NCBI GenBank assembly: GCA_049322915.1
Contig: JBMOPW010000012.1
Location: 32,001 to 96,000, forward strand
Direction of reading: 5' to 3'
DNA length: 64,000 bases
Origin: Candidatus Zhuqueibacterota bacterium
GTDB taxonomy: Bacteria > Zhuqueibacterota > Zhuqueibacteria > Thermofontimicrobiales > Thermofontimicrobiaceae
Positions within the stretch are counted from its first letter, which is position 1. Each line of letters starts with the position of its first letter. Below are positions 52,282 through 63,051 of this stretch, piece by piece. Under the pieces are notes generated by a model. The model was not told where the DNA came from. It worked only from the letters and a program-made list of their open reading frames with translations, and did not search any database. The position numbers and the translations under genes are program-made.

Positions 52282-52920
52282 TCAGTACCCCGCAGTTGAA
52301 TTGGCGTAAATCCAGTTGCCTTCCATTTGAAAACTCACGGCTGGTTGATTCCTTACATTGGAAATTTCAGAACTGACAATACTCAGGTTTTCAACATAGT
52401 CAGAGAAAACGCCGCGCTGCTGCAACAGATCATTGAAGGCATTTAAATAATGCAAATCAGGATGGGACGACTGCAAGAAATACGCCCCCCGAATCGTGAA
52501 CTTCCGAACGGCCGACTGCGCCTTTGCTGCCTGCTTTTTGGGCTTCTCCCCCTCCAATGACATCTCTTCCAGCCATATCCGCTCCGGCACTATTTTGGCA
52601 ACCGAAAAAAGCTTGTCCGCCAGAACCAACGGCGACATTGTATTTTCCTCAATGGCTTGCAATCCCTGTTTGTATTCCTGGATTGTCAAAAACAGATTTT
52701 TCAGTCGCTCCATGTTCGGCTGAATTTTCCGAATATCTCTTTCAATTCGGGATGCATCCTGCTCATAGGTCACTTTGATGAATCTGTTCACCTGATACGA
52801 CTGGAAGATCATGTACAAAGAAAAAAGCCAAATGCAGATGTAGCTGATTGTGATGATCAGTTTGATCCGTTTGCTTTTCTTTTTCAGCGATTGCTTTTGC
52901 AGAAAATTTATCTTAATCAT
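52282..52920 (-). CDS. pilN: PilN-like protein
   Basis: MIKINFL N-terminal motif, TM, VPERIWLEEM. Confidence 0.78.
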   Translation of the reverse strand: MIKINFLQKQSLKKKSKRIKLIITISYICIWLFSLYMIFQSYQVNRFIKVTYEQDASRIERDIRKIQPNMERLKNLFLTIQEYKQGLQAIEENTMSPLVLADKLFSVAKIVPERIWLEEMSLEGEKPKKQAAKAQSAVRKFTIRGAYFLQSSHPDLHYLNAFNDLLQQRGVFSDYVENLSIVSSEISNVRNQPAVSFQMEGNWIYANSTAGY

Positions 52921-53146
52921 TTTCGTTTTTGAAAAATAATTCAGCCTGGACTATCCGACTCTACTAAATAGTCAGGGAAAGAATCCTCAATCTGGGTTGC
53001 CGTTTACCTATTGTTGCCATTTTTAAATATGGTCAACGCGGCGACCGAGGAACGCTGCCCGGGCGCATGAACAGAATCCGATTGACTTTTCGAATCCGTC
53101 AGGATTGTTCACACCCCATTGCAAAAAGTCCCGGCCAGCAGCGTGA

Positions 53147-54226
53147 TCATGCCCAATCATCGCGAAGCGCCGTCCCCAGGCAGACCGGTAGCTGGTACTT
53201 AAATTTTTCTATCACATCGGCGTTGTTACGCGCCCAATTCACGTTCAGGTATTTCAACGGAGTCCAGTGATTGATTGGGAATTCCAAATACTCGCGCATG
53301 ATTGAGAGCATACTCTGCAATTTCGTGCTGCCGCCGGTTAAATAGATCGCGTCGATCTGCTCCGCATTTGTCTTTGTCTGAAAAAACTTGATGAACTGAT
53401 CCAGCTCGCTGCAAAAACGTTTGAATGCTTCGAGCAAATTATCGCGCAGAGTGTACCACTGCTGAACCTGAAATTTTTTAATAAGTTGGGATAGGTTAGT
53501 CGACCGCTTAATATGCTCCGCCTCCAGATAGGACAGGTTCAAATTTTCCTGCATCGTTTTATTGATTGTCGATCCGCCGAACTCCAGGTTTCGGAAGTAA
53601 ATATTGCCATCCGGATGGAACGCCACGCAATTAGTCGAATAGGCGCCCACGTTGACAAGTATACTGGACGTCGATTTTTTGGTATCATTAAAAAATTCAT
53701 AACAATTGTAGAGCGAGAGGCAATCCAGTTCCACGATACCCGGCTCCATGCCGGCATTGGAAAAGATGCTGAGGTATTTGCCTAACCGATCCCGTTCCGC
53801 TACCGCCAGAATGATTTGCCGCTGGCGTTGAGCGCTATTTTTTAGAGGAATGGGATAATAATCCAGCTCGACTTTCTCCAGTTCCCAGGGCACAATTGCT
53901 TTGAGCTGCCACTGAATTGCCCGCATTATTTCGCTGTGCGATACATCTGGAATTTCCAGGTTGTAGAGATAGGTCGATGGTCCGGACAGGCTAACATTGA
54001 TTTTTTCTTTTTTAATATCAAGCTCATACTTCAATTCTAAAAGGATATCGCTGATAATGGTATTGTTAAGCTCATCCGGATGCCGGATATGGCCTTCATC
54101 GTACAAATCAATCGCCCGGAAAAATTCCAGAACCGGGGATTTCATGGTCTGTTTTATCCCAACAATTTTGATCGAGCTGGAACCGATATCAACTCCAATA
54201 TTCAATTTGTTTTTGAAAATAGACAA
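53147..54226 (-). CDS. pilM: Type IV pilus assembly protein PilM
   Basis: GVDIGSSSIK, VNVGA, FGG, YLTGGS, CLGTALR. Confidence 0.9.
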   Translation of the reverse strand: MSIFKNKLNIGVDIGSSSIKIVGIKQTMKSPVLEFFRAIDLYDEGHIRHPDELNNTIISDILLELKYELDIKKEKINVSLSGPSTYLYNLEIPDVSHSEIMRAIQWQLKAIVPWELEKVELDYYPIPLKNSAQRQRQIILAVAERDRLGKYLSIFSNAGMEPGIVELDCLSLYNCYEFFNDTKKSTSSILVNVGAYSTNCVAFHPDGNIYFRNLEFGGSTINKTMQENLNLSYLEAEHIKRSTNLSQLIKKFQVQQWYTLRDNLLEAFKRFCSELDQFIKFFQTKTNAEQIDAIYLTGGSTKLQSMLSIMREYLEFPINHWTPLKYLNVNWARNNADVIEKFKYQLPVCLGTALRDDWA

Positions 54227-54236
54227 CGTCTTCGCC

Positions 54237-55253
54237 TTAATTTATCATTCGCCAGGTCCCATATTTTTCAATCTGATACCAATCTTTATCCTCGGCTGAC
54301 TCGAAACCAGGGGGATAGGAATAATATTTTCTTGACCCTAAATCCCAGATAAGCGTCAGCGACTTTAAACTTATGGTCGGCGCGACCAACGGCCCTGTTG
54401 AATAATTGGTTTTGAGCTCCAGAAACGACGATGCATAAATTGCCCCGAACACAGCGACTCCGGATAACAATCCTTCGCTCTGGGAATATACCGAATCGCC
54501 AGCAACAATCGCCGGATAGTAACTGGCGCATGACGGCATGAGCGCCGAGGAAACAATGGCAGTCCCGGTCAGCCGGACGCTCCCTGTGGCGATGATAGTG
54601 CCATTCACCAACGCAGCATTGCTCACGATGGCGTCGCCATCGACATAATGAATGCCGGAAGCAACCGTCCCCTGAAATATTTTGTCGCCGGAATAATGGT
54701 AATTGGCGATGGTGTTCCAATAGTTGAAATCGACGGTCGGGAAGTCCGAACAGCGTTGTGCGCTGTGACCATTGGTGCAAATCGTGATCGTCCCCCAGCC
54801 GCTGCTCATATTGTCGTAACTGATGATATGCCGGAAAGGATGATCATGCTCCAAAACGACTTCAATGGTTCGCTCCATATCGCCGCTGTAGCCTGTGGCA
54901 GTGAGTTGGTACGTCGTTGAATCGTACGTCACTGCATGCTCCTGAGAGGTGAACGTTCCGGCCCAGTCGCCAGCATGGTTGATCCGCCAGATAGCCAGCT
55001 TGATTCCTCCCTGGGCCAGGTAAAACGCCTGACTGCGTTGTTCGAAATGGATTGTTTGAATCCCTTCGAGGGAAGCCAGATGCAGAATGGCAATTCCCAG
55101 AATTGTCATGATGAAGAAAAAGACCATCACCATCTGCAGGATGTATCCGGATTCATTGCTGCAGATGGTTTTTAAACGAAATCCGGCTGGCGGATTATTT
55201 CGATTCAACTGCTTCATCGGACCAATCCAATCATGCAAGTCACTTTCGTCCAT
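54237..55253 (-). CDS. PilX-like minor pilin
   Basis: NESG|YILQMVMV hydrophobic segment lacking E5; QAFYLAQGGI motif. Confidence 0.75.
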   Translation of the reverse strand: MDESDLHDWIGPMKQLNRNNPPAGFRLKTICSNESGYILQMVMVFFFIMTILGIAILHLASLEGIQTIHFEQRSQAFYLAQGGIKLAIWRINHAGDWAGTFTSQEHAVTYDSTTYQLTATGYSGDMERTIEVVLEHDHPFRHIISYDNMSSGWGTITICTNGHSAQRCSDFPTVDFNYWNTIANYHYSGDKIFQGTVASGIHYVDGDAIVSNAALVNGTIIATGSVRLTGTAIVSSALMPSCASYYPAIVAGDSVYSQSEGLLSGVAVFGAIYASSFLELKTNYSTGPLVAPTISLKSLTLIWDLGSRKYYSYPPGFESAEDKDWYQIEKYGTWRMIN

Positions 55254-55751
55254 CTAATTTCTGAAACGATACTGACAGGAATTCGAAAGTGTGTACCCAC
55301 CGAGATAGCCTGTCATGCTCACCTGAATGACATTGCTGCTATTGGAAAAAGTCAGGCCGGACACCATATCGGTCAATAAAACCTGGGCTGTCTCCGTTTT
55401 CTTTTTAACTAACAGACTGCTGCTCTGTTTATAAATATAGTAGCCCTCTGTTGCCGAGTATTCTACATAAATACAGGACCCGGAGCCACTGATGATGCCT
55501 CCGTATTGCGTATAAATAGCATAGCGGCTCAAGTCGCTCTCGCGGATCCGCTTCCCGATCAATTCGAACGCGAAATTCATCTCCTGCTGAAGCACCGCTT
55601 TTTGAGTCGCTTTCTCGAAGAAACGGTACGAGCTCACAAGGATTATCCCGGCGCCAATGGCGATAATTGAGGAAATAACCATCACATTCATCAACTCGAT
55701 GAGCGTAAATCCGGCCTCATTCCTCTGCCTGCTTTGTTCAATGCATGTCAT
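55254..55751 (-). CDS. PilW-like minor pilin
   Basis: EAG|FTLIELM prepilin site. Confidence 0.8.
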   Translation of the reverse strand: MTCIEQSRQRNEAGFTLIELMNVMVISSIIAIGAGIILVSSYRFFEKATQKAVLQQEMNFAFELIGKRIRESDLSRYAIYTQYGGIISGSGSCIYVEYSATEGYYIYKQSSSLLVKKKTETAQVLLTDMVSGLTFSNSSNVIQVSMTGYLGGYTLSNSCQYRFRN

Positions 55752-56245
55752 GATGCTAAGAATAACCGATTTGGATAAAAGATTGTCTCAAGCACGACCG
55801 ATTGGGTATCCGATTTAATCCAAAAAATTTCAACTGTCACACGTTTATAATCGATGAGATTCAGGTCGTCGTCGTTCACGCCCAGGCCATCCAATGAATC
55901 ATCCACTGAGATCATCGCTGTCGTTCGAAACGCAGCAGTCGATCCCAGCAGAATCGATGTGGCCGTTTCTGCCTGTCCGCTCAACTGGTCGTAGTTCAAC
56001 CCGGTCAGGTATTCCATCCGCTCGATGGCTTTATTGACAGCCAATCGTCTGACTGTTGCCCGGTCAGTTTTCATGTTTCCACCATAAAAAAAAGCGCCAC
56101 CGGCAACCATGACGACAAAGAAAATGAACATGGCAATCGTTGCTTCAATGAGCGTCGCACCGCTCTGGAGTTTCAGTCGATTCCAGAAGATGGACATGTC
56201 CGCATTTTCAATGAATTTCGACCAGGCGCCCTTCAAAATCCACAT
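55748..56245 (-). CDS. PilV-like minor pilin
   Basis: QSG|ATLIEATIA prepilin site; YKRVTVEIFW. Confidence 0.75.
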   Translation of the reverse strand: MWILKGAWSKFIENADMSIFWNRLKLQSGATLIEATIAMFIFFVVMVAGGAFFYGGNMKTDRATVRRLAVNKAIERMEYLTGLNYDQLSGQAETATSILLGSTAAFRTTAMISVDDSLDGLGVNDDDLNLIDYKRVTVEIFWIKSDTQSVVLETIFYPNRLFLAS

Positions 56246-56647
56246 GACTTTATTCCGGTTGTAACATGTATGTTTTATCTAACTTGTTCGAATCGAATAC
56301 AATAAAGTCTTGAATAACATTGCATACCGAAAACGTTGACGCGAAGATAATCCGGTCCCAAGTAACTCCAGGCATCCGAACGACATATTGGGCATTGAGC
56401 CTGTTTATCCCACGCCAATCAACACAAGGCAGATGCCTATTGATGAAACAGTAATTCAGGCTCTGCAAATGTACATAATATTTTGAGTTCTGTCTTGTAC
56501 ATATTATCCGCAGAGCCTGTTACACTTCAATCAACACAGCACCCCCTTTCAGATGAAAGTATACTGAGCCGAATTACCTCATGCAGGTTGCGCATGCAAC
56601 GCCGATGGTTCTCGGGCGAGATTGGTTCGCATAAAATATTTTAATAA

Positions 56648-57067
56648 TTATTCCGATGCTAACACTGAATCCGCCATGACACCACTGGTATTCATTGAAC
56701 GAATTGGAAGAGTCCCGGCGCCATCATCGGCTTTGATAATATAACCAACTCCGGCAGCGCTTTTGTAATAATAATATGAATCGTCATAATATTTACCAGT
56801 CAAATCCGTTATATCCAGATCGATGCCGCTGATGCTTGTAACATTCGCAAAAGACGCGCTCGTCGGATACGTGGAGTTTGCTGCATAATAAACTCTCAGT
56901 GAAGTTCTGATTGTGCCCAGGGTTGCTTCCGCCTCACTTGCTTTGGCTTTATTCACATTCGCCTGGTAAATTGGAACGGCTACAGCAGCCAGAATTCCAA
57001 CAATGACGACCACAATCATCAACTCCACCAATGTGAAGCCTTGTTCACTTTCCTTTGTTTTACGCAT
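56648..57067 (-). CDS. pilA: Type IV major pilin
   Basis: MRKTKESEQG|FTLVELMIVVVIVGILAAVAVPIY; GGAGGT RBS before ATG 57067. Confidence 0.88.
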   Translation of the reverse strand: MRKTKESEQGFTLVELMIVVVIVGILAAVAVPIYQANVNKAKASEAEATLGTIRTSLRVYYAANSTYPTSASFANVTSISGIDLDITDLTGKYYDDSYYYYKSAAGVGYIIKADDGAGTLPIRSMNTSGVMADSVLASE

Positions 57068-57140
57068 TGAAGATACCTCCAATAAATTAATAATAGATAA
57101 TTGAATTATACCTGGATTAACTATAACAATCGAAACGCTT

Positions 57141-58385
57141 TCATCGCACGGCCCCGGACATCTGGAAAATTGGCAGGTACAGCGCAATGACAACCACTAG
57201 CGCCAGGATGCCCAGTCCGATCATCATCGCCGGTTCAATAATGGAAGTGAGGCTGGATATGGTCGATGAAAATTGTCGGTCATAAAATTCCGATACCTTG
57301 CCCAGCATCTTATCCAGCGCCCCGGATTCCTCTCCCACAGCGACCATCTTGATCACAATTCTGGGAAAGAGCTGCTGTTCATTGAGCATGTCCGAGATAC
57401 GCGCCCCTTCCATAACCCCTTTTCGCACGCGCTGAATGGCCTCCTGTACAACAATATTATCGGCAGTTTCTCCCGCAATCTGAAGTGCTTCGATGATGGC
57501 AACGCGGCTCATTGTTAAAGTTTTTAACGTTTTGCAGAATCGGGAAATGAGCGATTTGAGCATCAGTTTGCCAACGACCGGAATGCCAAGCTTCAATCGG
57601 TCGATAAAAAATCGGCCATTGGGCGTTTTCACAGCATATTTGTAAAGGGCAACCAATAACGCAATCACAGCTAGTTCGTAAAATCCATTCCGCTTGATCG
57701 CATCGCTCGCATCGAGCAGAATTTGCGTTGGTCGCGGGAGTTCGTTACCCAGGCTGGCGAAAATAGCTTTGAACTTGGGCATCAACCCAAAAATCACGGA
57801 TAGCACCACTGCGCCAAAAAACAGAAAGGCAAATTTTGGGTAGGCCATGGCCGATTTTATTTGCTTTTTGATCTGATCTTCTTCTTCCAGGTAATCCGAA
57901 AGCTGCGCCAACAATGGCGCCAGGCCTCCGCCGCTCTCTGCCGCTTTCGACATGGCTACCGCCAATCGGGGGAAAGTCCGGGGATGCCGACCCAGTCCAT
58001 CTGAAAAAGTCATCCCGCCCTGAATGTCAGTTTTAATCGTCCGAATGATGCCTTTGAATGACTGATTTTCGATCTGATCTTCCAGAATATCCAGGGCGTC
58101 GACTAACTGAATGCCCGCATCGATCATGGTCGAGAGTTCCCGGAAAAAAATGATGATATCATCGTTCTTCACCCTCTTATTGGATTCCGATTTTTCCTTG
58201 CTCGCCTTCAATTGATCCGGGCGCGCTTTTTCCGCCCAGATGATTCGGATTCCTTTCTGCTCCAGCACTCGGGTGAGAATGAATCGATTGTCCGCGAACT
58301 CAATGCCCTTGACATTGCGGCCATTTCGGTCGATCCCTTTATATTGAAATGCTTCCATCCATGCCCTGCTATTAGAAAATATCAC
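57141..58385 (-). CDS. pilC: Type IV pilus platform protein PilC/GspF
   Basis: FFRELSTMIDAGI, AMAYP, VGEESG, IEP, ALYLPIF. Confidence 0.92.
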   Translation of the reverse strand: MIFSNSRAWMEAFQYKGIDRNGRNVKGIEFADNRFILTRVLEQKGIRIIWAEKARPDQLKASKEKSESNKRVKNDDIIIFFRELSTMIDAGIQLVDALDILEDQIENQSFKGIIRTIKTDIQGGMTFSDGLGRHPRTFPRLAVAMSKAAESGGGLAPLLAQLSDYLEEEDQIKKQIKSAMAYPKFAFLFFGAVVLSVIFGLMPKFKAIFASLGNELPRPTQILLDASDAIKRNGFYELAVIALLVALYKYAVKTPNGRFFIDRLKLGIPVVGKLMLKSLISRFCKTLKTLTMSRVAIIEALQIAGETADNIVVQEAIQRVRKGVMEGARISDMLNEQQLFPRIVIKMVAVGEESGALDKMLGKVSEFYDRQFSSTISSLTSIIEPAMMIGLGILALVVVIALYLPIFQMSGAVR

Positions 58386-60048
58386 TGAACGAAGTGAACG
58401 CGACCCGGAAGACCTCCTCCAGCGTTGTCACGCCCTCACTCACTTTTTCGAGGCCATTTTCCACAAGGGATTTCATCCCCATTCGGCGCACTTCCTTGCG
58501 TAGCTCGTTTTCTTCAACATCCTTAGAGATCAATGTTTTCAATTGATCTGTCAAAAATACAAATTCATAAATAGCAATTCGCCGTTTGTAGCCGGTATTG
58601 CCGCATAGCCGGCAACCGGTCCCCCTATAAAATCGAATAGTTTCATCCAGGTCAGCATTCAGCCGATGGTAGCGAGCCATAACCTCATTCGAGGGAGTGT
58701 ATTCTATTTTGCACTGGGGACAAATCTTGCGCACCAGCCGCTGACTCAGGACCATCCGTATGGATGCGGTCAATAGAAATTTGTCGATACCCATATCCAC
58801 CAGCCGCATGATGGATGCGACCGCATCATTTGTATGCAGCGTGCTCAAAACCAAATGTCCGGTGAGCGAAGCGCGGATGGCAATTTCAGCCGTTTCAAGG
58901 TCGCGAATCTCGCCCACCATCACAATATCCGGGTCCTGGCGCAAAATCGACCGCAGCCCGGAGGCGAACGTCAACCCGATTTGCGGCTTCACCTGCACCT
59001 GATTGATCCCGTGCAGCCGGTACTCCACCGGGTCTTCCACGGTGATAATATTCAAATGCGGGCGACTGATGTATTTCAGCGCTGAATAAAGGGTGGTGGT
59101 TTTACCGCTGCCAGTGGGGCCGGTCACCAGCACCATGCCGTTGGGCATCTCCAGAATTCGTTTGAAGTTGTCCCGCATTTGCTCTGAAAAACCGAGATCA
59201 TCGATATTCAAGAAATTGCCGCTCTGGTCCAGCAATCGCAGCACGACTTTTTCGCCGTAGATCGTGGGCAGCGTCGAAATGCGAATATCCACACTGCGGC
59301 CCAGCATTTTAATTTTGCAGCGACCATCCTGCGGGACTCTTCGCTCCGCAATATCAAGATCGCCCAATATTTTTATTCTTGAAATGATACCATTCTGCAT
59401 CTTCTTCGGCGGCGGTGGAACGATTTCCCGCAGCATGCCATCGATTCGATACCGCACACAAATCGTGTTTTCCTGAGGTTCGATATGAATATCACTGGCG
59501 CCATCCCGAATCGCCTGCAGCAGCGTGAGATTGACGAACCGAATGGCCGGAGCGTCGTTGGCCTGTATCCGCAGCATTTCCACATCGGACTCGTCCTCCT
59601 GCAGATCATCTTCCACCTCAAAATCAACAATCTCCTGGAGGCTCTGCTCAATGGAGCCTTTGTGGCTATACAATCGCTCCAGGCAGTCGTTTATCCCCTT
59701 TGCCGGATAAAAAAACGGATTGACGTCGCAGCCGGTCTTTCGTTTGACCACATCCCTCGCCTCGAGATCAAAAGGATTCGCCATGGCCAGATCAAGCACA
59801 TTGTCATTTCGCTCCATGGGAATGACCGACAACTGGAAAGCGATCTCCTCTGAAATTAAATTCAGCAGATTCTGGTCGATCGCCTTGTCATCGATATAAT
59901 CGATTTGCGGGATTTTCGCCTGTTTCACCAGCTTCTCTAAAAACGCAGCCTGTTCTTCTTCAGGCACAACCACGACAGAATGATTTTCGGTTGCTTTGTT
60001 CTTAGGCGCGGAACGAGGCGTCAATGCTTTTCTGAAAAATTGGGCCAT
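58372..60048 (-). CDS. pilB: Type IV pilus extension ATPase PilB/GspE
   Basis: ASDIHIEP, PQDGR, GPTGSGKTTT, RQDPD, GHLVLSTLH, CPQC/CRLC. Confidence 0.93.
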   Translation of the reverse strand: MAQFFRKALTPRSAPKNKATENHSVVVVPEEEQAAFLEKLVKQAKIPQIDYIDDKAIDQNLLNLISEEIAFQLSVIPMERNDNVLDLAMANPFDLEARDVVKRKTGCDVNPFFYPAKGINDCLERLYSHKGSIEQSLQEIVDFEVEDDLQEDESDVEMLRIQANDAPAIRFVNLTLLQAIRDGASDIHIEPQENTICVRYRIDGMLREIVPPPPKKMQNGIISRIKILGDLDIAERRVPQDGRCKIKMLGRSVDIRISTLPTIYGEKVVLRLLDQSGNFLNIDDLGFSEQMRDNFKRILEMPNGMVLVTGPTGSGKTTTLYSALKYISRPHLNIITVEDPVEYRLHGINQVQVKPQIGLTFASGLRSILRQDPDIVMVGEIRDLETAEIAIRASLTGHLVLSTLHTNDAVASIMRLVDMGIDKFLLTASIRMVLSQRLVRKICPQCKIEYTPSNEVMARYHRLNADLDETIRFYRGTGCRLCGNTGYKRRIAIYEFVFLTDQLKTLISKDVEENELRKEVRRMGMKSLVENGLEKVSEGVTTLEEVFRVAFTSFSDIF

Positions 60049-60335
60049 AAAATTATATAGCTCGGAATTGAAGGATAGTGTTCTTCCAGGTAAAATTGAA
60101 GGAGCTCATCAGTATCTATATCGGAAGATATTTATTAAAATTTAGAAAAAAAGCAGCCTGTGGGGAAATTTTCTTGGCGTGTGAGGAGAAAACTCACAGT
60201 GCAAAAACGGATTCACCGGGTAACTATCAACGGAATGCAGCTCGCTTTGATGAAAGCGTTCTTTGTGGAAAATGGATGGTGGAATGGCGATACCAGAATC
60301 GGCAGAGTCTGAAAAATAGCGTCAACGACAGCGAC

Positions 60336-60959
60336 TCAAAACAACGGAAGCCACGGCCGCGGGATAATTTTTATCGAAACGCCCATGTATTCACGGATGT
60401 AATTTCGGCGATTGGGGAATGAATATCTGTATTCAATCTCGCTCTCAAAATGGCTGCGCGGCCGTCTGAACCAACGGACACTTACGAACGGCGCTGGCCG
60501 CCAGTAGCTCTTTTGTCGTACCGGATTATCAGTGTGGTCACCATTCGAATCACCCGAATCGATGACTTCAATGCCAAAATATCTTCTCAGATTCATCGAA
60601 AGGCCAACGTCCTCCAGAAATCGAAGCGCGGGACTGTAATAAAAAGCGCGCGCCCTGGCTTTAATGATGCCCAACTGAGGATGGTTGAATTCGACGTCCA
60701 CAAAAGCGCCATCCCGAAGCCACGGCCCCATTCGACGAAAATCTTTTTTTGGTAATACGATTGCATTTCGGTGGTCATACTTTCTGCTTTGCTTGAGCTG
60801 GTCGAAAATCTTTCTATCAAAAATATTACATGAGGTGTAATACAGCTCGTGCGAGAAGAGTGAAATCGCGGCCCGCATTACGAAAAATGCGAAGGCAGCC
60901 GCCGCAATGACCAGAAATACTATTTCCAAAAAGTTTTTAATTGTGTAAACCGGTTCCAT
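60336..60959 (-). CDS. Hypothetical membrane-anchored protein
   Basis: 207 aa ORF with an N-terminal TM. Confidence 0.55.
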   Translation of the reverse strand: MEPVYTIKNFLEIVFLVIAAAAFAFFVMRAAISLFSHELYYTSCNIFDRKIFDQLKQSRKYDHRNAIVLPKKDFRRMGPWLRDGAFVDVEFNHPQLGIIKARARAFYYSPALRFLEDVGLSMNLRRYFGIEVIDSGDSNGDHTDNPVRQKSYWRPAPFVSVRWFRRPRSHFESEIEYRYSFPNRRNYIREYMGVSIKIIPRPWLPLF

Positions 60960-61154
60960 CGGGTCAATCGAAATTTTAATTCAGTTTTATTCGCTGAAAA
61001 ACACCATGATGTTCTTAATGGCAGGGTGAGGCATCATGGCTTTTTTCTGTTACGCGGCAGGTACGTGGAGCGATTTCTACTCATGTCGCCCCAGCATGCC
61101 CGATGATTCGTGAATTGTCGAGCCAATATACTAATTTACTCCCTATTAGTCAAT

Positions 61155-61195
61155 AAAAAAAAGCGGCACCTTATCAAGTAGTGTGCCGCTTTTTT
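61155..61195 (-). terminator. Bidirectional terminator after the second pilin
   Basis: A8-GCGGCAC / GTGCCGC-T6. Confidence 0.8.
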
Positions 61196-61217
61196 GAACG
61201 AGGGAGAAAACAAAGAT

Positions 61218-61640
61218 TTAAATCACGGAGCACGCTAACACAACACCATCTTGACGAATTTCACGGTTCAGGGAACTCTCTTTTTCATTGGAAACGATCG
61301 CTTTTAAAATATACTTTTGACCATCGTCTGTGCTTCGGTAAATATAATCCGTTGAATGATAATTTTTCCCATCCAGTTCCATCGGGTCAATCTCTAATTC
61401 GGGTATCAAACAGACGCATGTAAATTTTTCGACGACTGGAAATTTTCCGTTCTCTTCGTAGTAGGAATTCAGCAGACTTTGTATGGTCTTTAACGTTACT
61501 TCAGCTTCATACGCTTTGGCTTTTTTCATATTACTATTGTACGCTGGCAGCGCTACTGACGCCAGTATTCCGATGATGACAAACAGGATAAATAAATCAA
61601 GCAGTGAAAAACCCCCATTGAAAAAAGTTTGACGTTTCAT
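61218..61640 (-). CDS. Second pilin, paralogue of PilA
   Basis: NGG|FSLLDLFILFVIIGILASVALPAY; KAKAYEAEVTLKTI aligns with PilA KAKASEAEATLGTI. Confidence 0.8.
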   Translation of the reverse strand: MKRQTFFNGGFSLLDLFILFVIIGILASVALPAYNSNMKKAKAYEAEVTLKTIQSLLNSYYEENGKFPVVEKFTCVCLIPELEIDPMELDGKNYHSTDYIYRSTDDGQKYILKAIVSNEKESSLNREIRQDGVVLACSVI

Positions 61641-61748
61641 TGCAATCACCTCGCTCTTTCAATGTTTCATTTGCTACTCTAATAATACATTTTCAGAGAA
61701 TTGGCATCGTGATCTATCTCACATCGGACAGGTATCAACATTCATTCT

Positions 61749-61764
61749 ATCAAGTTTCATTCCA
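61749..61764 (-). promoter_or_regulatory. Possible sigma54 promoter
   Basis: Minus strand TGGAAT-N5-TTGAT with -24/-12 spacing, about 110 bp upstream of the pilin. Confidence 0.35.
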
Positions 61765-62130
61765 GTTCAATGGCGCGGAATGATCGGGATTAATTCATTG
61801 AAAAACAGTCGATCAACTTTTTGCCATCAGTACCGAAATATGGGAAAGATTCATCAGTTATGGAGAAGATACTATGGAGTGAATTCCAGTTGAGTTCCTC
61901 TCACGAATCTTTCAGGATAAAAACCAATTCCATTATTATGGTATACCTGGTCCGAATGAAGGTTGTCATGAATCCCTGGTATATCAAAATTTACATTTGT
62001 TTTACATTCAGCTATTGACATTGTAACATTATTTCATCAAATTGGTTGTTGAATTTTATTATTTTTAAAGTACAATTCGCACCATTAATTCACCCTCATT
62101 CTCAATCCAAATTTTAAAAGGAAAAGTAGC

Positions 62131-62922
62131 ATGGCTGAGGAAAACGTTAGTGTTGTTTCTCCGTCTCCTTTTTCACTGGATGTTAATAATTTTCAAATCA
62201 AGATTGCCGAGACTGACGAAGAAATCCTGTCTGCTCTGCGGCTGCGGTTTGAAGTGTTTAACATCGAAATGAATGAAGGTTTGGCGTCATCATGGGAAAC
62301 CGGATTGGACCAGGACAAATACGATGCACATGCCGATCACCTCATCGTTATCGACAAACAGACTCAAGCGATTGTCGGGACGTATCGATTGATTCGGAAA
62401 TCGCGGGTCATTTCCAATGGCGGTTTTTACTCAGAAGGCGAATTTAATCTGGATAGCTTGAAAATTTTGCCCGAAGAGATTTTAGAACTGGGCCGGTCGT
62501 GCGTTCATAAAGACTACCGATCGACCGGGGTGATCAATTTGCTATGGGTGGGAATTGCCAAATATGTCGAAGTTACCAACTCCCGCTACCTCATCGGCTG
62601 CGGCAGCTTGCACACGCACGACGTGAATGAAATAAGCGAGATTTACAGCTACTTGAAATTGAATTTCTTCTCCGATCACCGTTTCCGGGTATTCCCGGTG
62701 GAAAAGTGCGTGGTGAAAGGATTGCGCGACAATATGGCCGTCGAAGATCCACGGTCGCTGATGAAAAAAATGCCTCCACTGCTCAAAGGTTACTTCAGAG
62801 CTGGGGCAGTGATTTGCGGAGAACCGGCGTTGGACAGTGAATTCGGAACAACCGATTTCCTTATTCTTCTGACGACCGAGAATATTTCAAAACGTTATTC
62901 GCAACATTATCGTACCGCATAA
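62131..62922 (+). CDS. GNAT N-acyltransferase (OlsB-like)
   Basis: RLRFEVF..E, D.DKYD..ADHL, VGTYRL, LELGRSCV, PPLLKGY.R.GA..CGEP..D.EF...D. Confidence 0.85.
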   Translation: MAEENVSVVSPSPFSLDVNNFQIKIAETDEEILSALRLRFEVFNIEMNEGLASSWETGLDQDKYDAHADHLIVIDKQTQAIVGTYRLIRKSRVISNGGFYSEGEFNLDSLKILPEEILELGRSCVHKDYRSTGVINLLWVGIAKYVEVTNSRYLIGCGSLHTHDVNEISEIYSYLKLNFFSDHRFRVFPVEKCVVKGLRDNMAVEDPRSLMKKMPPLLKGYFRAGAVICGEPALDSEFGTTDFLILLTTENISKRYSQHYRTA

Positions 62923-63051
62923 ATTCTGATTAATTTCAGGATTGCTCTCTCCGCTAAATACCGGCGTTGTCGGTATATGAAGTGAAATCATTTACGTTTC
63001 AACTCAGCCACATCCTGAGTCGAGTCATTCCTGTATAAATGGAGAAGCATC

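Noticed and set aside
56250..56468. Additional minor pilin in the pilA-pilV gap
   Set aside because: The 72 aa ORF has no prepilin motif, hydrophobic helix or clear RBS.
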